NCBI GenBank assembly: GCA_964489755.1
Contig: CAZBBE010000002.1
Location: 1 to 36,479 of the forward strand
Source: an uncultured bacterium
GTDB taxonomy: Bacteria; Fidelibacterota; Marinisomatia; Marinisomatales; AB-629-J13
Direction of reading: 5' to 3'
Length of the DNA stretch: 36,479 bases
This document shows positions 36,419-36,479 of the stretch, in pieces; position 1 is the stretch's first letter, and each line of letters opens with the position of its first letter. A program made the translations under genes and the position numbers. The notes beneath the pieces are model-generated. The model had not been told where the DNA came from and ran no database searches. It saw only the letters and a program-made list of their open reading frames with translations.

Positions 36419-36479
36419 ATGAACAAAATTATTTTACTATTTATTGTTCTATCTGTGGAATTTGGTTATGCCCAGATTG
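36419..36479 (+). CDS. 5' end of a secreted protein (truncated by window edge)
   Basis: ATG 36419 is preceded by AAGGA. MNKIILLFIVLSVEFGYAQI looks like a signal peptide. Only 20 codons are visible. Confidence 0.4.
   Translation, partial: MNKIILLFIVLSVEFGYAQI

Overview
AT-rich, gene-dense bacterial chromosomal segment. It holds about 39 protein genes and 4 tRNAs. All but one weak candidate lie on the + strand, and many are joined by overlapping stop/start codons (ATGA, TGATG, TAATG). Most content is core housekeeping: rimM-trmD-rplS, selA-selB-mutS, yicC-gmk-rpoZ-UDG-dnaB-relA/spoT, ruvX, lnt, truA-htrA-psd-pssA, tatA, a batA-E aerotolerance-type cluster with a SPOR gene, yciH, and two large metallopeptidases. 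I saw no CRISPR array, transposase, integrase or phage genes. The Bat cluster, relaxed lipoboxes and weak or absent SD sequences suggest an FCB-superphylum-like lineage, but I cannot establish that without a search. The main find is at 28513-30610. The ORF track truncates a gene whose real frame starts at ATG 28513 and reads through one in-frame TGA (28666-28668). That TGA lies in a Cys-Gly-Sec context. Eleven nt downstream is a 7-bp hairpin with a GGUCU loop, which matches a bacterial SECIS element. The product is a predicted selenocysteine lipoprotein built on a 5'-nucleotidase/metallophosphatase-like scaffold whose canonical metal-ligand motifs look degenerate. It is translationally coupled to a membrane-anchored rhodanese, which is followed 2 nt later by a MauE/DoxX-type membrane protein carrying a DCGCG motif. 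Together they look like an uncharacterised envelope selenol/thiol module. The Sec-insertion genes selA and selB lie about 22 kb upstream in the same window. All homology calls come from motif recognition by eye; no searches or alignments were run.
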